From an uncultured Planctomycetota bacterium (GTDB lineage Bacteria; Planctomycetota; Planctomycetia; Isosphaerales; Isosphaeraceae), in NCBI GenBank assembly GCA_963845755.1, contig CAWJTV010000005.1:736001-800000 (forward strand): a stretch of DNA of 64,000 nt. Reading direction: 5' to 3'. Positions 31,015 through 45,332 of the stretch are shown piece after piece. The position numbers and the translations under genes are program-made. Each line of letters opens with the position of its first letter. Position 1 is the stretch's first letter. The notes beneath the pieces were generated by a model, which worked only from the letters and a program-made list of their open reading frames with translations, was not told the origin of the DNA and did not search any database.

Positions 31015-32504
31015 GACCGGCCACCTGAGCGTTGCGGCTTCTCGGAGAGGGGTGATCCTGACGCTGGTTTAGCAGCTCCGGGCAGCAACGGCTTGCCCAG
31101 CGCCGGCGGCGGAACCGACGATTTGCCCAGCACCGGAGGCGGGGCGAGCTTGCCGGACTTCCCCGGCCCCGCGGATGGCCTTGCGGATTTGGCGGACGAA
31201 GGCTGATGCGATTCGACCTGGGATGGCACAGGCTCGACGGGTTTGGGTCGTAACCCGGGCTTGGGCGACTCTGGGGTAGGCTCGGTCCCGGCCGGTGGAC
31301 CGAGTGTCGGCATGGAGACCCGATCCGCCTTCGCCAGCGTGCGCGGGCGGACCTGCTGTAGAGCGCCGACAACGACCCATTCATCCCCTTTGAGTCCCTG
31401 CTCGATCACGCGCAAACCGTCGTCCTGCGAGCGCCCGGTCGTGACCCGTTGGTACTGGACTTTGTTTTCAGTATCCAGCACGTAGACGTATTTCAATCCC
31501 TGGTCGGATGCCACGGCCCGATCGATGACCAGGTGAGCCGGGTGGGGTTCGCCGATCGGTAGACGGATGCGCACGAACATCCCGGGCGTGAGCAGACGTT
31601 GACCGCCTTTGGGGGCATGGTTGGGAAAGATTCCCCGCACCAGGATGCTGCCCGTCGTCGGGTTGACCTGGTTATTGATGAAGTTGATCGTCCCCTGATG
31701 CGGGAAGCCATCCTCACCCTGCAAGCCCATCAGGACGGGCATGTTCGCGCCGTCCTGGGTATACTTGATCCGCCCCTCGTTGCTCGCCCGACGGATCCGG
31801 AGCAGGGTGGGCTCGTCCATCTCGAAATAGGCATACATCGGGTTGACCGACACGATGGTGGTCAGCAGCGTCGTGTCCTGATTCACCAGGTTGCCCAAAG
31901 TGAGATAATAGCGGCTGATCTGGCCGTCAATCGGGGCGGTCACCAGAGTGAATTCCATGCTCAGCCTGTAGAGCTCCATGGCCATTTCGTTCGCCTTCAC
32001 GCGGGCATCCGCCTCGTCGACCTGCGCCTGTTCCTGGTCGAATTGCTGCTGGCTGATCGAGCCCCGCGACAATGCGTTGATCGCCCGGTCCCGCGCGAGT
32101 GTCGTCTTGGCCAGTTTAAGCGACGCCTTGTAGAGTTCGACCTGGCCTTTGGCCTGATCGAGCTGGGCCTGGTAAGGCCTGGGATCGACCTCGAACAGCA
32201 GTTCCCCTGCCTTGACTTCCGCCCCCTCCTTGAAGGGCATCCGTTTCAAGTAGCCCGTGACTCGCGGGCGTATGTCCACCGAATGGACCGCCTCGGTGCG
32301 TCCCGTAAAGTCTACGTAATCGGTGACTTCCCGCCGGACGGGGTGACTGACCGGGACCACCGGTGTCTCGGCCGGAGCAACGCGCGGTCGATTCGCCTGG
32401 CAACCGCCGGCTGTGGCCACGAAGGTCAAAGCAAATAAGCCTGGGAAGTACACACGCAAACGCATCGACGCCTCACTCGGGATGGTTTCGGAATAATCGT
32501 GCAA
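31011..32504 (-). CDS. RND periplasmic adaptor (membrane fusion protein) with Pro-rich tail
   Basis: AGGC lipobox, VDIRPRVTGYL, LFEVDPRPYQA, VTAPIDG; stop overlaps the permease start. Confidence 0.95.
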   Translation of the reverse strand: MHDYSETIPSEASMRLRVYFPGLFALTFVATAGGCQANRPRVAPAETPVVPVSHPVRREVTDYVDFTGRTEAVHSVDIRPRVTGYLKRMPFKEGAEVKAGELLFEVDPRPYQAQLDQAKGQVELYKASLKLAKTTLARDRAINALSRGSISQQQFDQEQAQVDEADARVKANEMAMELYRLSMEFTLVTAPIDGQISRYYLTLGNLVNQDTTLLTTIVSVNPMYAYFEMDEPTLLRIRRASNEGRIKYTQDGANMPVLMGLQGEDGFPHQGTINFINNQVNPTTGSILVRGIFPNHAPKGGQRLLTPGMFVRIRLPIGEPHPAHLVIDRAVASDQGLKYVYVLDTENKVQYQRVTTGRSQDDGLRVIEQGLKGDEWVVVGALQQVRPRTLAKADRVSMPTLGPPAGTEPTPESPKPGLRPKPVEPVPSQVESHQPSSAKSARPSAGPGKSGKLAPPPVLGKSSVPPPALGKPLLPGAAKPASGSPLSEKPQRSGGRS

Positions 32505-32898
32505 TTGTCATTTCACTTCCAGGTGGATCTGGTTCCCACGCTTCGTGGAGATTGGCCATGAGTTCGGACGTCCGGGCAAGGTGATCACAAACGTTCGTTC
32601 ACGGTGATTGAACTCCCGTGGAAGACCTAGGACCACTTGAGGGCACCGACCGGTTCGCGTCACCGACACTACCATTGTATCTAAAGCGATAGTTTCGCGG
32701 CCAACGGCCGAGGAAGGCATCAAATCGGGAATTCTCGGATGACTCAACTCCTTCTGATTCCGATCGCGGAGACTGCCCTGGCAACTCGGCAGGGAGACTC
32801 TGGGGCGAATGATCGCCGAATGGGGATCCGGTCTAGCTTGCTGGTTGCAAGTTCCCATTGAATAATACAATGGAGTCTGTCGAGGCTTCGAGGCTCTT

Positions 32899-33875
32899 GT
32901 GACCCGGCGGGATGATGCGGGAGAAGGAACCAGGAGACTGAACGCGGATGATCTGGCCGTTCCGGCGGCGCGAGAAGCGCCGCGCCCTGCACCGTTGGAT
33001 GCTGCCGCGATCGTACGGCGTGCGCGGAGGTTACGGTTCCGAGTGCGACCCGACGCGGTCTCCCAACTTGCAGGAGCGTATCACGGGGCTCGGCCTGGGA
33101 TCGGCCTGACTTTCGCGGAACTGCGTGCGTACGAGCCGGGTGACGACGTGCGGCACCTGGACTGGAACGTGACGGCGCGACAGGGGCGGCCGTTCGTCCG
33201 TCGGTTCGTCGAAGAGCGTGCCCTGTGCTTGTGGCTGGTGGTGGACGTTTCGGCAAGCATGCGGTTCGGCCCCGAGCGGAAGACCAAGGCGGACCGAGCG
33301 GCCCAAGCCGCCGCACTGCTGGCTACGGCCGCCGTTCAGAACGGCGACCGGGCCGGACTGATCCTCGTCAGCGATCGCATCGAGGTTGAGCTCGCACCGG
33401 CGGGGGGGGTTCGCCATCTCTCTCAACTGGTCCGCGCCTTGGTGGCGACGCCGACAACTTCGCCCAAGACGAAGTTGAGCGTCGGCCTGGCACGGGTGCG
33501 ACGCACCGCCCGGCGGGCGATGGTCGTGGTGATCAGCGATTTCATAACCGAGGAGCCGGTCGCAACCTGGCGCCGCGCGCGCGCCGACACGACACGATCG
33601 CGTTGCGGGTGGTCGATCCCCGAGAGGACCAACTTCCGGACGCAGGACTTCTGGCGCTGGAGGATGCCGAACGAGGCGTCACTCGCACCGTCGACGCGTC
33701 TTCCAGCCGGGTGCGCAAGCGTTACGCCGAGATCTCCGCCGGTCGCTCGGCGGCCTTCCAGCGCCGGTGCGCCAATTCGGGCATCCAGGCGTTCACGATG
33801 ACGACCGACACCGATCCGATCGTACCGCTGATCGAGCTCTTCTCCAGGCGAGCGACCCACCGAGGCCCCTCGTGA
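32899..33875 (+). CDS. DUF58 family protein (frameshift near 33582)
   Basis: GLTFAELRAYEPGDDVRHLDWNVTAR, VDVSASM, VISDF, then HDTIALRVVDPRE in the next frame. Confidence 0.9.
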
Positions 33876-34442
33876 ATGATGCCACCTCCCAGCGTTTGGT
33901 TCCCCCTCAACCCAATCTCGGACCGGAGCCGTGGCAAGATCCACATCCGTTGACTCGTATGCTGCCATGGTTTCTGCTCCTCACTTTCTTGGCACTTGCC
34001 TTCTTCATAGGGCGTCGGTACTGGGAGGCGTCGGCCCGCTCCAGGCGGGACCGACCTGCGCCGGGAGATCTCACCGATTCCAATCCCTCGCCACGCGACC
34101 GCCTGGTCGGACTCTCCGCATCGATCCGCGAGGCACTGACCGTCCCGTTCGGGACGGCAGGTCTGCGCCATGACCACGGAGGAGCTGGCGGCCGACTGTC
34201 GACTCGAGAAGTTGCTCGGTGACCAGGACCTCCACGAACTCATTCGTTTCCTCGATCGCGTCGATCACTTGAAGTTCGCCCCCGAGAGGTCCAACCACAA
34301 GCAGGAGGTACTCCAGGAAGCACTGACAACCTGGGAGCCTCGAGTCGAGGTCCTCCGCGAACGGATTCGAGCCAAACCCCGAGAACGGGCCAAACTCCGA
34401 GGAGTGCGGAAGCCACCTGTCAGCCGAGGGGTCACGCGGTGA
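33872..34442 (+). CDS. Hypothetical single-TM protein coupled to DUF58 (frameshift near 34160)
   Basis: GTG overlaps the DUF58 stop; PNLGPEPW, TM segment, REAL...MTTEEL...DHLKFA as in DUF58/MoxR-associated membrane proteins. Confidence 0.65.
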
Positions 34443-34470
34443 GCCCAGCGAATATCGGGCGATCGCTCTG

Positions 34471-35781
34471 CTATGGAAAGCCGTCGAGATCTCGTGCCGC
34501 GGAGTCAGCAGGATGGATCTCAGCCTTGGAGAAGGGCACGGCCAGCATGTCGGTGCGATAGACACCGGTCTGGATCCGGACGCGCCAGGTCATTTCGTCC
34601 GTAACGTTCAGGGCCGAACTTGGCTCGGCAGCCACGAAGGTCTCCGTGGTGTCTGCGGGCTGGAGGATGTTGAATTCCTGCCCGACGATGGCCCACTCAC
34701 TATCGACGGCCAGGGGGAATAGGCGGATGCTCGGGCCCTGCGACGTGGAGATATAAGGCTCCGACGGTCGAAGGCCGCGATCACGGGTCAGCTCGGGTCC
34801 CAGGGGGGTGATGGCGTGTTCCTTGGAGAGGTTTCGCATTCGCAGTCGGAGGACCAAGCATTCCTGCTCGCGGCGGCGCTTGTGGGGCTCGATGGAGCGG
34901 ACGAGCTCTATGGGCGCGGAGATTACGGTCAAGGGTGTGATTTCCAGATCGCCGAGCTGGATGGTCTGACCGAGTCTGGCGCGGTTCTCGGGGGGTATGG
35001 GCCGCGGCGCAGTCGCTGGTATGGCGTCGAGGGTCCGTGATGAGGAATCAATGACCGGCAGGTCGATGCTCGGGGAAACCGGCGCCGACGTACTCGACCA
35101 TCGCCCGGTCCACAGCATCCAGATCAGCGCGAGTGTGATCGCACTGGCGTAGCTCATCAAGAGGACCTGGCTCCAGGCTATCGTGGGCTCGGAGAGGTGG
35201 TCCTCTTCTTCCGATGCCAGTTGCTCATCGTGCCGGTCTCGGTCCTCGACCACGAGATCGATCCCTGGCTGTTCGCCTTCCGGGCCGAGTCCGGGAGTGG
35301 GCGCCGGCGGAGGTGGCGATTGTCCAGGTCGGTGAACCGTTGCTCCCGATTGATCCTCCCTGCCCGCGAGATTCAATGACGCGGCAATGACCGACCGAAA
35401 GATCTCCGATGTGCGTGGTGCTTTGCCCCGGTCTTGCTTGAGCAAAGGGGCATCCTCGTCCTGAGCTAATTTCACGGTCGGACCGGAGGATTCCAGATTC
35501 GGATCGGGGTCCGGTTGCTGGATGGACTGGGACAGGATGACATTGAGATCGTCGAAGCAGGAGTCGTAAGTCGGCTCGTCGGTGGCCGGGACCTCGACCG
35601 AGGGCGATTCGTGCCCGGGCGGGCGATGCGTGGAGGGCGAAGGCCGCTTGGCAGACGCAGCGTCTACGACCTTATCGGTAGGCCCGGTCGCGTGAGGCTT
35701 GTCGGGATTCGGGGTCGGATGCGGTTTGTTCGCGATGTTTCGAGGCATGATGAAGAACCCGCGAGTATCGGCCCGGATCAT
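34471..35781 (-). CDS. Hypothetical bitopic membrane protein
   Basis: Disordered N-terminus, TM (LLMSYASAITLALIWMLW), C-terminal beta-rich domain. Confidence 0.75.
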   Translation of the reverse strand: MIRADTRGFFIMPRNIANKPHPTPNPDKPHATGPTDKVVDAASAKRPSPSTHRPPGHESPSVEVPATDEPTYDSCFDDLNVILSQSIQQPDPDPNLESSGPTVKLAQDEDAPLLKQDRGKAPRTSEIFRSVIAASLNLAGREDQSGATVHRPGQSPPPPAPTPGLGPEGEQPGIDLVVEDRDRHDEQLASEEEDHLSEPTIAWSQVLLMSYASAITLALIWMLWTGRWSSTSAPVSPSIDLPVIDSSSRTLDAIPATAPRPIPPENRARLGQTIQLGDLEITPLTVISAPIELVRSIEPHKRRREQECLVLRLRMRNLSKEHAITPLGPELTRDRGLRPSEPYISTSQGPSIRLFPLAVDSEWAIVGQEFNILQPADTTETFVAAEPSSALNVTDEMTWRVRIQTGVYRTDMLAVPFSKAEIHPADSAARDLDGFP

Positions 35782-35896
35782 GCGAAGGTCTTTATGCGAT
35801 TTCGACCGCGGCCTACAGATAGTTTAACAATCAAGTTGTGTGCTTGGCGATACGCTTGATCCCATTTCACGAACCTTTCAGTCGCAAAGTGATGGC

Positions 35897-36688
35897 TCAG
35901 GAAGCGCGTCGGAGTCGGACGGTCGTGCCCGCACCCGCGGTCAATTGTCGGGCGGCATCACCGTTGACGACTGCGACCTCGACCCAGCCCGAACTTCCGA
36001 CCACGGCGACGAGGGTTCCGGACGGGCGTTCCCCGTAAGTGTTTCGGATGCCCCGGATCCGTTCTCCCGCGATCTCGACGACCCAGGCATCGTGGGCCGT
36101 GCCGACGAGTTGATCGGCGTTCACATTAGTAATCAAGTTACCGAATGCGTCTCGGAAGATCACCTCACCGACGATCCCAAGGTCATCGGCCGTCGGTTCG
36201 AAGTTCCGTAGCGTGATGACCTTGGTTCGCGGAGGGCCGAGCTCCTCGGGTCTACCGCCGCGGATCAGGTGGGCGGCGGCGGGGGCCATGATATCACGCC
36301 CGTGAAACGTGGCGGAGACGACCTCCCGACGGAGGGCCGGGCTGGTGATCTCCCATACGCCCTCGGGCGTTCGGCTCCGTATCACCCCCGTGATGAGGCC
36401 GTTATCGGGGAGCACGAACCACTGGCCGGCGACCCGGACCGCGATCAATCGTCGATCCGTACCCACGCCGGGGTCCACCACGGCGAGGTGGACCGATCCT
36501 TTCGGAAATGCGTCCACGATCGCCGCCAGGACGAAGCCGCCTTCGAGGATGTTCTGCGGCGAGATCGTGTGGCAGACGTCCACGATCTGGATCCCTGGCG
36601 CCATGTCGAGGAGGACGCCTTCGAGCGCGGCCACGTAGGGACCGCCGAGGCCGAAATCGGTGGTCAACGTGACGATGCCCGATCTCAT
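35897..36688 (-). CDS. SAM hydroxide adenosyltransferase (DUF62; chlorinase/fluorinase superfamily)
   Basis: TLTTDFG, VVDPGVGTDRR, PDNG, ATFHGRD, DAFGN; the Asp-Arg-His triad typical of DUF62 hydrolases is present. Confidence 0.92.
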   Translation of the reverse strand: MRSGIVTLTTDFGLGGPYVAALEGVLLDMAPGIQIVDVCHTISPQNILEGGFVLAAIVDAFPKGSVHLAVVDPGVGTDRRLIAVRVAGQWFVLPDNGLITGVIRSRTPEGVWEITSPALRREVVSATFHGRDIMAPAAAHLIRGGRPEELGPPRTKVITLRNFEPTADDLGIVGEVIFRDAFGNLITNVNADQLVGTAHDAWVVEIAGERIRGIRNTYGERPSGTLVAVVGSSGWVEVAVVNGDAARQLTAGAGTTVRLRRAS

Positions 36689-36775
36689 CGTGCCTTCCAG
36701 CCGGTCCGGTACGTCCGTCGGATCGCCGTCACCGGTTCAACCCATCAGCCCCGTCCGATTCGTTCGATGTTCGGT

Positions 36776-37126
36776 TCACGATTGGCGCGCCTCGTAGACC
36801 GCCGTGATTCGAGAGGTCATCCCACCTCGCGGGTTGAAATGACCGGCGACGCTCATCCTCCTCGGATGACACGATTCCACCAAATCGTCAAGAATCGTGT
36901 TGATCGCATGTTCGTAGAAGATTCCTCGATCCCGATAGCTGAACAGGTATAGCTTCATACTTTTCAGTTCGAGACAAGTCGCGCCAGGGATGTACTGGAT
37001 GACGATTGTCCCGAAATCGGGTTGACCCGTCTTGGGGCAAACCGCCGTGAATTCCGGGCACGTGATCTCGATCTCGTAATCGCGGTGCGGGAACTGGTTC
37101 GGGAAGGTATCCACCACGGAAGGCAT
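36776..37126 (-). CDS. queF: NADPH-dependent 7-cyano-7-deazaguanine reductase (unimodular)
   Basis: EFTAVCPKTGQPDFG, ELKSMKLY, FYEH, FNPRGG. Confidence 0.96.
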   Translation of the reverse strand: MPSVVDTFPNQFPHRDYEIEITCPEFTAVCPKTGQPDFGTIVIQYIPGATCLELKSMKLYLFSYRDRGIFYEHAINTILDDLVESCHPRRMSVAGHFNPRGGMTSRITAVYEARQS

Positions 37127-37152
37127 GTCGGTCGAGTCCTCGCAAGGGTAAG

Positions 37153-37256
37153 GCGATCGACGCTCCGGAACGCACCAGCAAATCGGCCTGTCCCCCGACC
37201 CTGTGGGCTGGCCGGGGGGCGAGCCGATGCTCGCGAACGCTCGGCGTCTCGATCAC
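37153..37256 (-). ncRNA. Candidate structured leader RNA upstream of queF
   Basis: Long rod-like hairpin starting 5 nt after a TACAAT -10 box (37266-37261); G-U pairs favour the minus strand. Confidence 0.4.
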
Positions 37257-37518
37257 CACTATTGTAGACGATGCGATCACGGGCCAGGTAGTTCGTCCGG
37301 ATGGATTCTTGAGGAATTGGAAACACGGATGGCACGACGGCGACTGGCTCCTCGGGAAATCTCCGTCTCCCGGAACGGTCGATTTGCGATATCAACGAAT
37401 GCCGTCTCACAGAATCGATCAAGGTTGCGGTCCTCGAAGGCCGGGTCGATGCGGTGTCGACCGAGGCGAAATGCTCGAGCTGTTCTGCTCGCATGATCGG
37501 CCCCACGGCGAGAGAGAA

Positions 37519-38969
<1,451 letters not shown>

Positions 38970-38973
<4 letters not shown>

Positions 38974-39791
38974 GGCGTGGTCTCCCCATTGGCGGGTCGT
39001 TCGCTCGAGTCGCTCGCGGACCGGGCCAGGAAGGGCGCGGCCCATTTCTTTTCTTCAGGCTGCAAACGCGGGCTAGTCGGTTGGTGGTAGTCAATCACCA
39101 TGTCGTAACCCGCTCTATCCATGAGACTATGAAGTATGGAATTGAGATCGAGGATCTGTTCCGTATCCGCGGGAAGAAGTGGGATGGGGATCGCTGGGAT
39201 CGGAGTGGTCCAGCGAAACGAGTACAGGAGGGCTCTCCTACGCGGCCTGGCATGGCAGACGAGGATCCGATAATCCTCACGGGGGGGCGGATTAAGCAGA
39301 GGCATCGGCCTGCCACCTCGCAGCAGGTCGACCTCGACGTAGTTAACCTTCGAGAGGACCAGATCGCGCCGCTTCTCGAGGTATTCAGCTCGACCGTCCT
39401 TCGTTTTCTTATTCGTTGGAGAGAGGACATCGATCACCGTCACGAGTTTGAGCCCTGGCAGCTCCTTGATCGTCACATAAGTCTCCTCGATCTCCTCGAC
39501 GGGGAGAACCACTTCGACCGGCTGCACTCCGGTGTGCTCCAGAACGGCGACACGCGGAGTTCCCCTTGCGGTGAGTCGTCTTCTGGCGCGGACGACGACG
39601 TCGGGCTCGTAGACACTGTCCACGTCCATGCCGGATAAGAGTGTTGTCCGTGACTCCACACCCACGAAGTACCGCGGTCGGAGCCGCGGCGCGAGGTCGT
39701 CGCGTATTGAGTTAATCAGGCCGCTGTGCAAGTCCGGCCAGAGGACGGAACTCTCGAGCCAGGGGTCCATGCCGGGAAATTGGGGACGCAT
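38970..39791 (-). CDS. DUF4058 family protein (PD-(D/E)XK nuclease-like fold)
   Basis: [44 protein letters not shown]. Confidence 0.9.
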
Positions 39792-39800
39792 GGCAGGAAA

Positions 39801-42998
<3,198 letters not shown>

Positions 42999-43120
42999 AA
43001 TTCGATGCCTCTCCGAAGAACACCCGCCTCGCCAGGCCGAGCCGACTTCGGCCCGCCTCGAATTGGGGTGGCACTCTCGTCACCATTGCCAGGAGGTTGC
43101 GGCACCCGGAAGTCCCGGGA

Positions 43121-44584
43121 TCAAGGTGGGACTCGACACGGGCATGCCGAGCATTTCCATTGTACGCCGCGGCGCGCCGTATCTCCACGGGGTTCATCCA
43201 AAACGCCGGCATGCACTCGTGACCACGATGGATTCACGGACCTGGGTTCGTTTGCCGACTCTCCATGACTTCGGAGTGCTACACCAAAGAGAAGCATTAG
43301 CGTGATGGCGAAGAACAGGGCACGGAGAATCGGCAGCCGATGACGCGCCATCGTTGCGACTGGCGGCCTGGCTTCGTTTTGCTCATTCCCGCGATCGAGG
43401 AGTGGCGGCGTGGCCTGGTCGTTCTCCTCTCCGCGATCCTGCGGTGTAACCGAAGGTTGCTCTTGCCTATCCTGGTCCTCGAACCGCAGAGCGGTGGTTG
43501 CCTCTCGCGCTTCCTTCTGATCGACCGGTGGGTTTGCCGAAGACGGACCAGCCACCGCGGAATCCGGCTCCGCTCCCGGGCCGGATCGGCGGACTTTGAG
43601 CAGGGTGTCGAGGCTGCGGAACAGCGACCGGCTGCACGAGAACTGGTAGCGACGCAGCCGCTCTCCCTCGGTGCTGGTGTCGAACGACAGGAGGTCCGCT
43701 TGCCGGGCCACATCCGCCTCGGCGCGACGGCGATGCTCGGCGGTCAGCGGCTCCAGCCGCGCGATCGCCCGGTCCGCGACGCTCCGCAGCTCCTCGATCG
43801 TCGCCGCCTGGTCCTGCGCCAGTCCCTCGACCAACTGTCGGTCCAGCTTGCGCGCCAGGTACCCGTCGATCTCCGGGTGCGGGTTGGCCCGCCGGCGCTC
43901 GCAGTGGTTCTCCCACTCCTCGGCCGTCAGGTTCAGCGGCGGTTTCCCCAGCAGGCGGATCGCCCTGGACTTTTCGGTCGATGGCCAGGCCTGGCCCTGG
44001 TCGAGGATCGCGCGGAGCTCGATCCAGCGGTCGAGCATCCACTGGCAGCCGGGACCGGTGGATTCGAGGCGGCGGAAGATGGCCCCGGCGTGATCGAGGA
44101 CGTCGAGGGGCCGGGAGGTCTGGGACTTGCGGCCCGGGAGCAGGGCTTCGAGGATCTGGCTCTGAAGCTTGATCTCCCCCGACACGTTGCGATCGCTGAA
44201 GAGCCGACGGCCCAGCGCGGCGGCCTCTTCCTGCTGACGATTCGCCTCCAGGACCGGCAGCGTTTCGATGATATGGGACAATCGGGCGACCTCGGCGCGA
44301 TCGGCCCGATCCAATTTCCAGGAGGACTGCACCGCCTGCTCGACCAGGAACTGCTCGACGTCGTTTTGGGGCTGGAGGTTGCCGATCCAGGAGTCGAGCC
44401 GCTCTTGAAGCGCGTCGGGATCCTCGCCGGGCAAGACGAGAGTCCTGGCGGTCATGCCGTGCTTGACGGCGTTGAACCGGGAGCGGTTCTTGCCCTCGGG
44501 TGTCCGGGGTCCGGTGCTCTTCTGGGCATTGCGGCGGTTGATCTCGGCCCGATCGGGCCTGGTCTCGGTGCAGGTTGTGGTCAT
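43121..44584 (-). CDS. Uncharacterised 'NRRNAQKSTGPRT..GK..NAxKHG' family protein
   Basis: Conserved N-terminal motif EINRRNAQKSTGPRTPEGKNRSRFNAVKHG; RLRRYQ; degenerate NEP/NEA repeats and a hydrophobic segment at the C-terminus; AGAGGAAG upstream. Confidence 0.85.
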   Translation of the reverse strand: MTTTCTETRPDRAEINRRNAQKSTGPRTPEGKNRSRFNAVKHGMTARTLVLPGEDPDALQERLDSWIGNLQPQNDVEQFLVEQAVQSSWKLDRADRAEVARLSHIIETLPVLEANRQQEEAAALGRRLFSDRNVSGEIKLQSQILEALLPGRKSQTSRPLDVLDHAGAIFRRLESTGPGCQWMLDRWIELRAILDQGQAWPSTEKSRAIRLLGKPPLNLTAEEWENHCERRRANPHPEIDGYLARKLDRQLVEGLAQDQAATIEELRSVADRAIARLEPLTAEHRRRAEADVARQADLLSFDTSTEGERLRRYQFSCSRSLFRSLDTLLKVRRSGPGAEPDSAVAGPSSANPPVDQKEAREATTALRFEDQDRQEQPSVTPQDRGEENDQATPPLLDRGNEQNEARPPVATMARHRLPILRALFFAITLMLLFGVALRSHGESANEPRSVNPSWSRVHAGVLDEPRGDTARRGVQWKCSACPCRVPP

Positions 44585-44979
44585 GGTGCTCTTCCTCTGG
44601 TGCGATGGCAATGGCAGTCGTTCTCGTCGAGTTCTCGTGAGGTTCTTCAAGAGACCAAGGGTTTCTCCGGAAGGCAGAGAGTTGAAGGCGGTATAGAGCG
44701 GTGACAAACCCGGCCAGGTTGAGAATGTGTTGCTCGGCTCGAGGGTGCGATACTCGCGGCCGTTTACTGATATGATCCGATCGAGCGCTCTCTCAGTTGC
44801 ATAAAAATTGCCGCATATCAAGTTTTTTCGCGCAGGGCAGCAGGAACAGTTTCACAACCATTTATCCAATCGACAGTTACGTCGAAAGTTGCCGAATCTC
44901 GGGAAGAGCCGGAAACTTCGGTTTGATGGTTTTGCCGTGATCTAAGCACCTGGCCAGGGTTATCCAGCACTGGGTCCCG

Positions 44980-45045
44980 GGCGAGCGGGGGGCGTCAGCC
45001 CCCAGTCAGGTCGATCGGACAGGGGGCTGACGCCCCCCGCTCGCC
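44980..45045. repeat. REP-like inverted doublet (family A)
   Basis: GGCGAGCGGGGGGCGTCAGCCCCC ... GGGGGCTGACGCCCCCCGCTCGCC, perfect 24-bp inverted repeat. Confidence 0.85.
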
Positions 45046-45332
45046 TCTCGGAACCGCCTTCGAACCCCAAAGAGTGCAAGGAAACCACGGCCGGCTGCTC
45101 AGCGAGCCCGAGTTGGGAACGAAACCCGACTGGTGACGCTGAACGAGCCTCTTTCCGATGGGGACCCGCAAAGGGAGGGGCCCCATGGAGATGTCGAGGG
45201 GACCCAGGTGATCGGCGATCCCTCGATAGACGGGGTGAAGTCCCGCCGTCAGGCGCGAAGAGCCACGGAAGCCAAGGATTCAACCCGTCGATCCCAGTCG
45301 GAGGCGACATGGGAGCGGCTTCCGTTTCTCCC

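Noticed and set aside
35897..36688. True fluorinase/chlorinase
   Set aside because: It retains the VDPGVG..R and TFHGRD (Asp-Arg-His) pattern of DUF62 SAM hydrolases and has no secondary-metabolite context.
37153..37256. SRP RNA, 6S RNA or class I preQ1 riboswitch
   Set aside because: No SRP CAGG..GNRA..AGCAG motif, too short and without the central bubble of 6S, and no small AU-rich preQ1-I pattern recognised.
45155..45230. c-di-GMP-I riboswitch suggested by GGGACCCGCAAAG
   Set aside because: The upstream GGCAAA/GAAA tetraloop stem is missing, and the site is antisense to the flanking genes.
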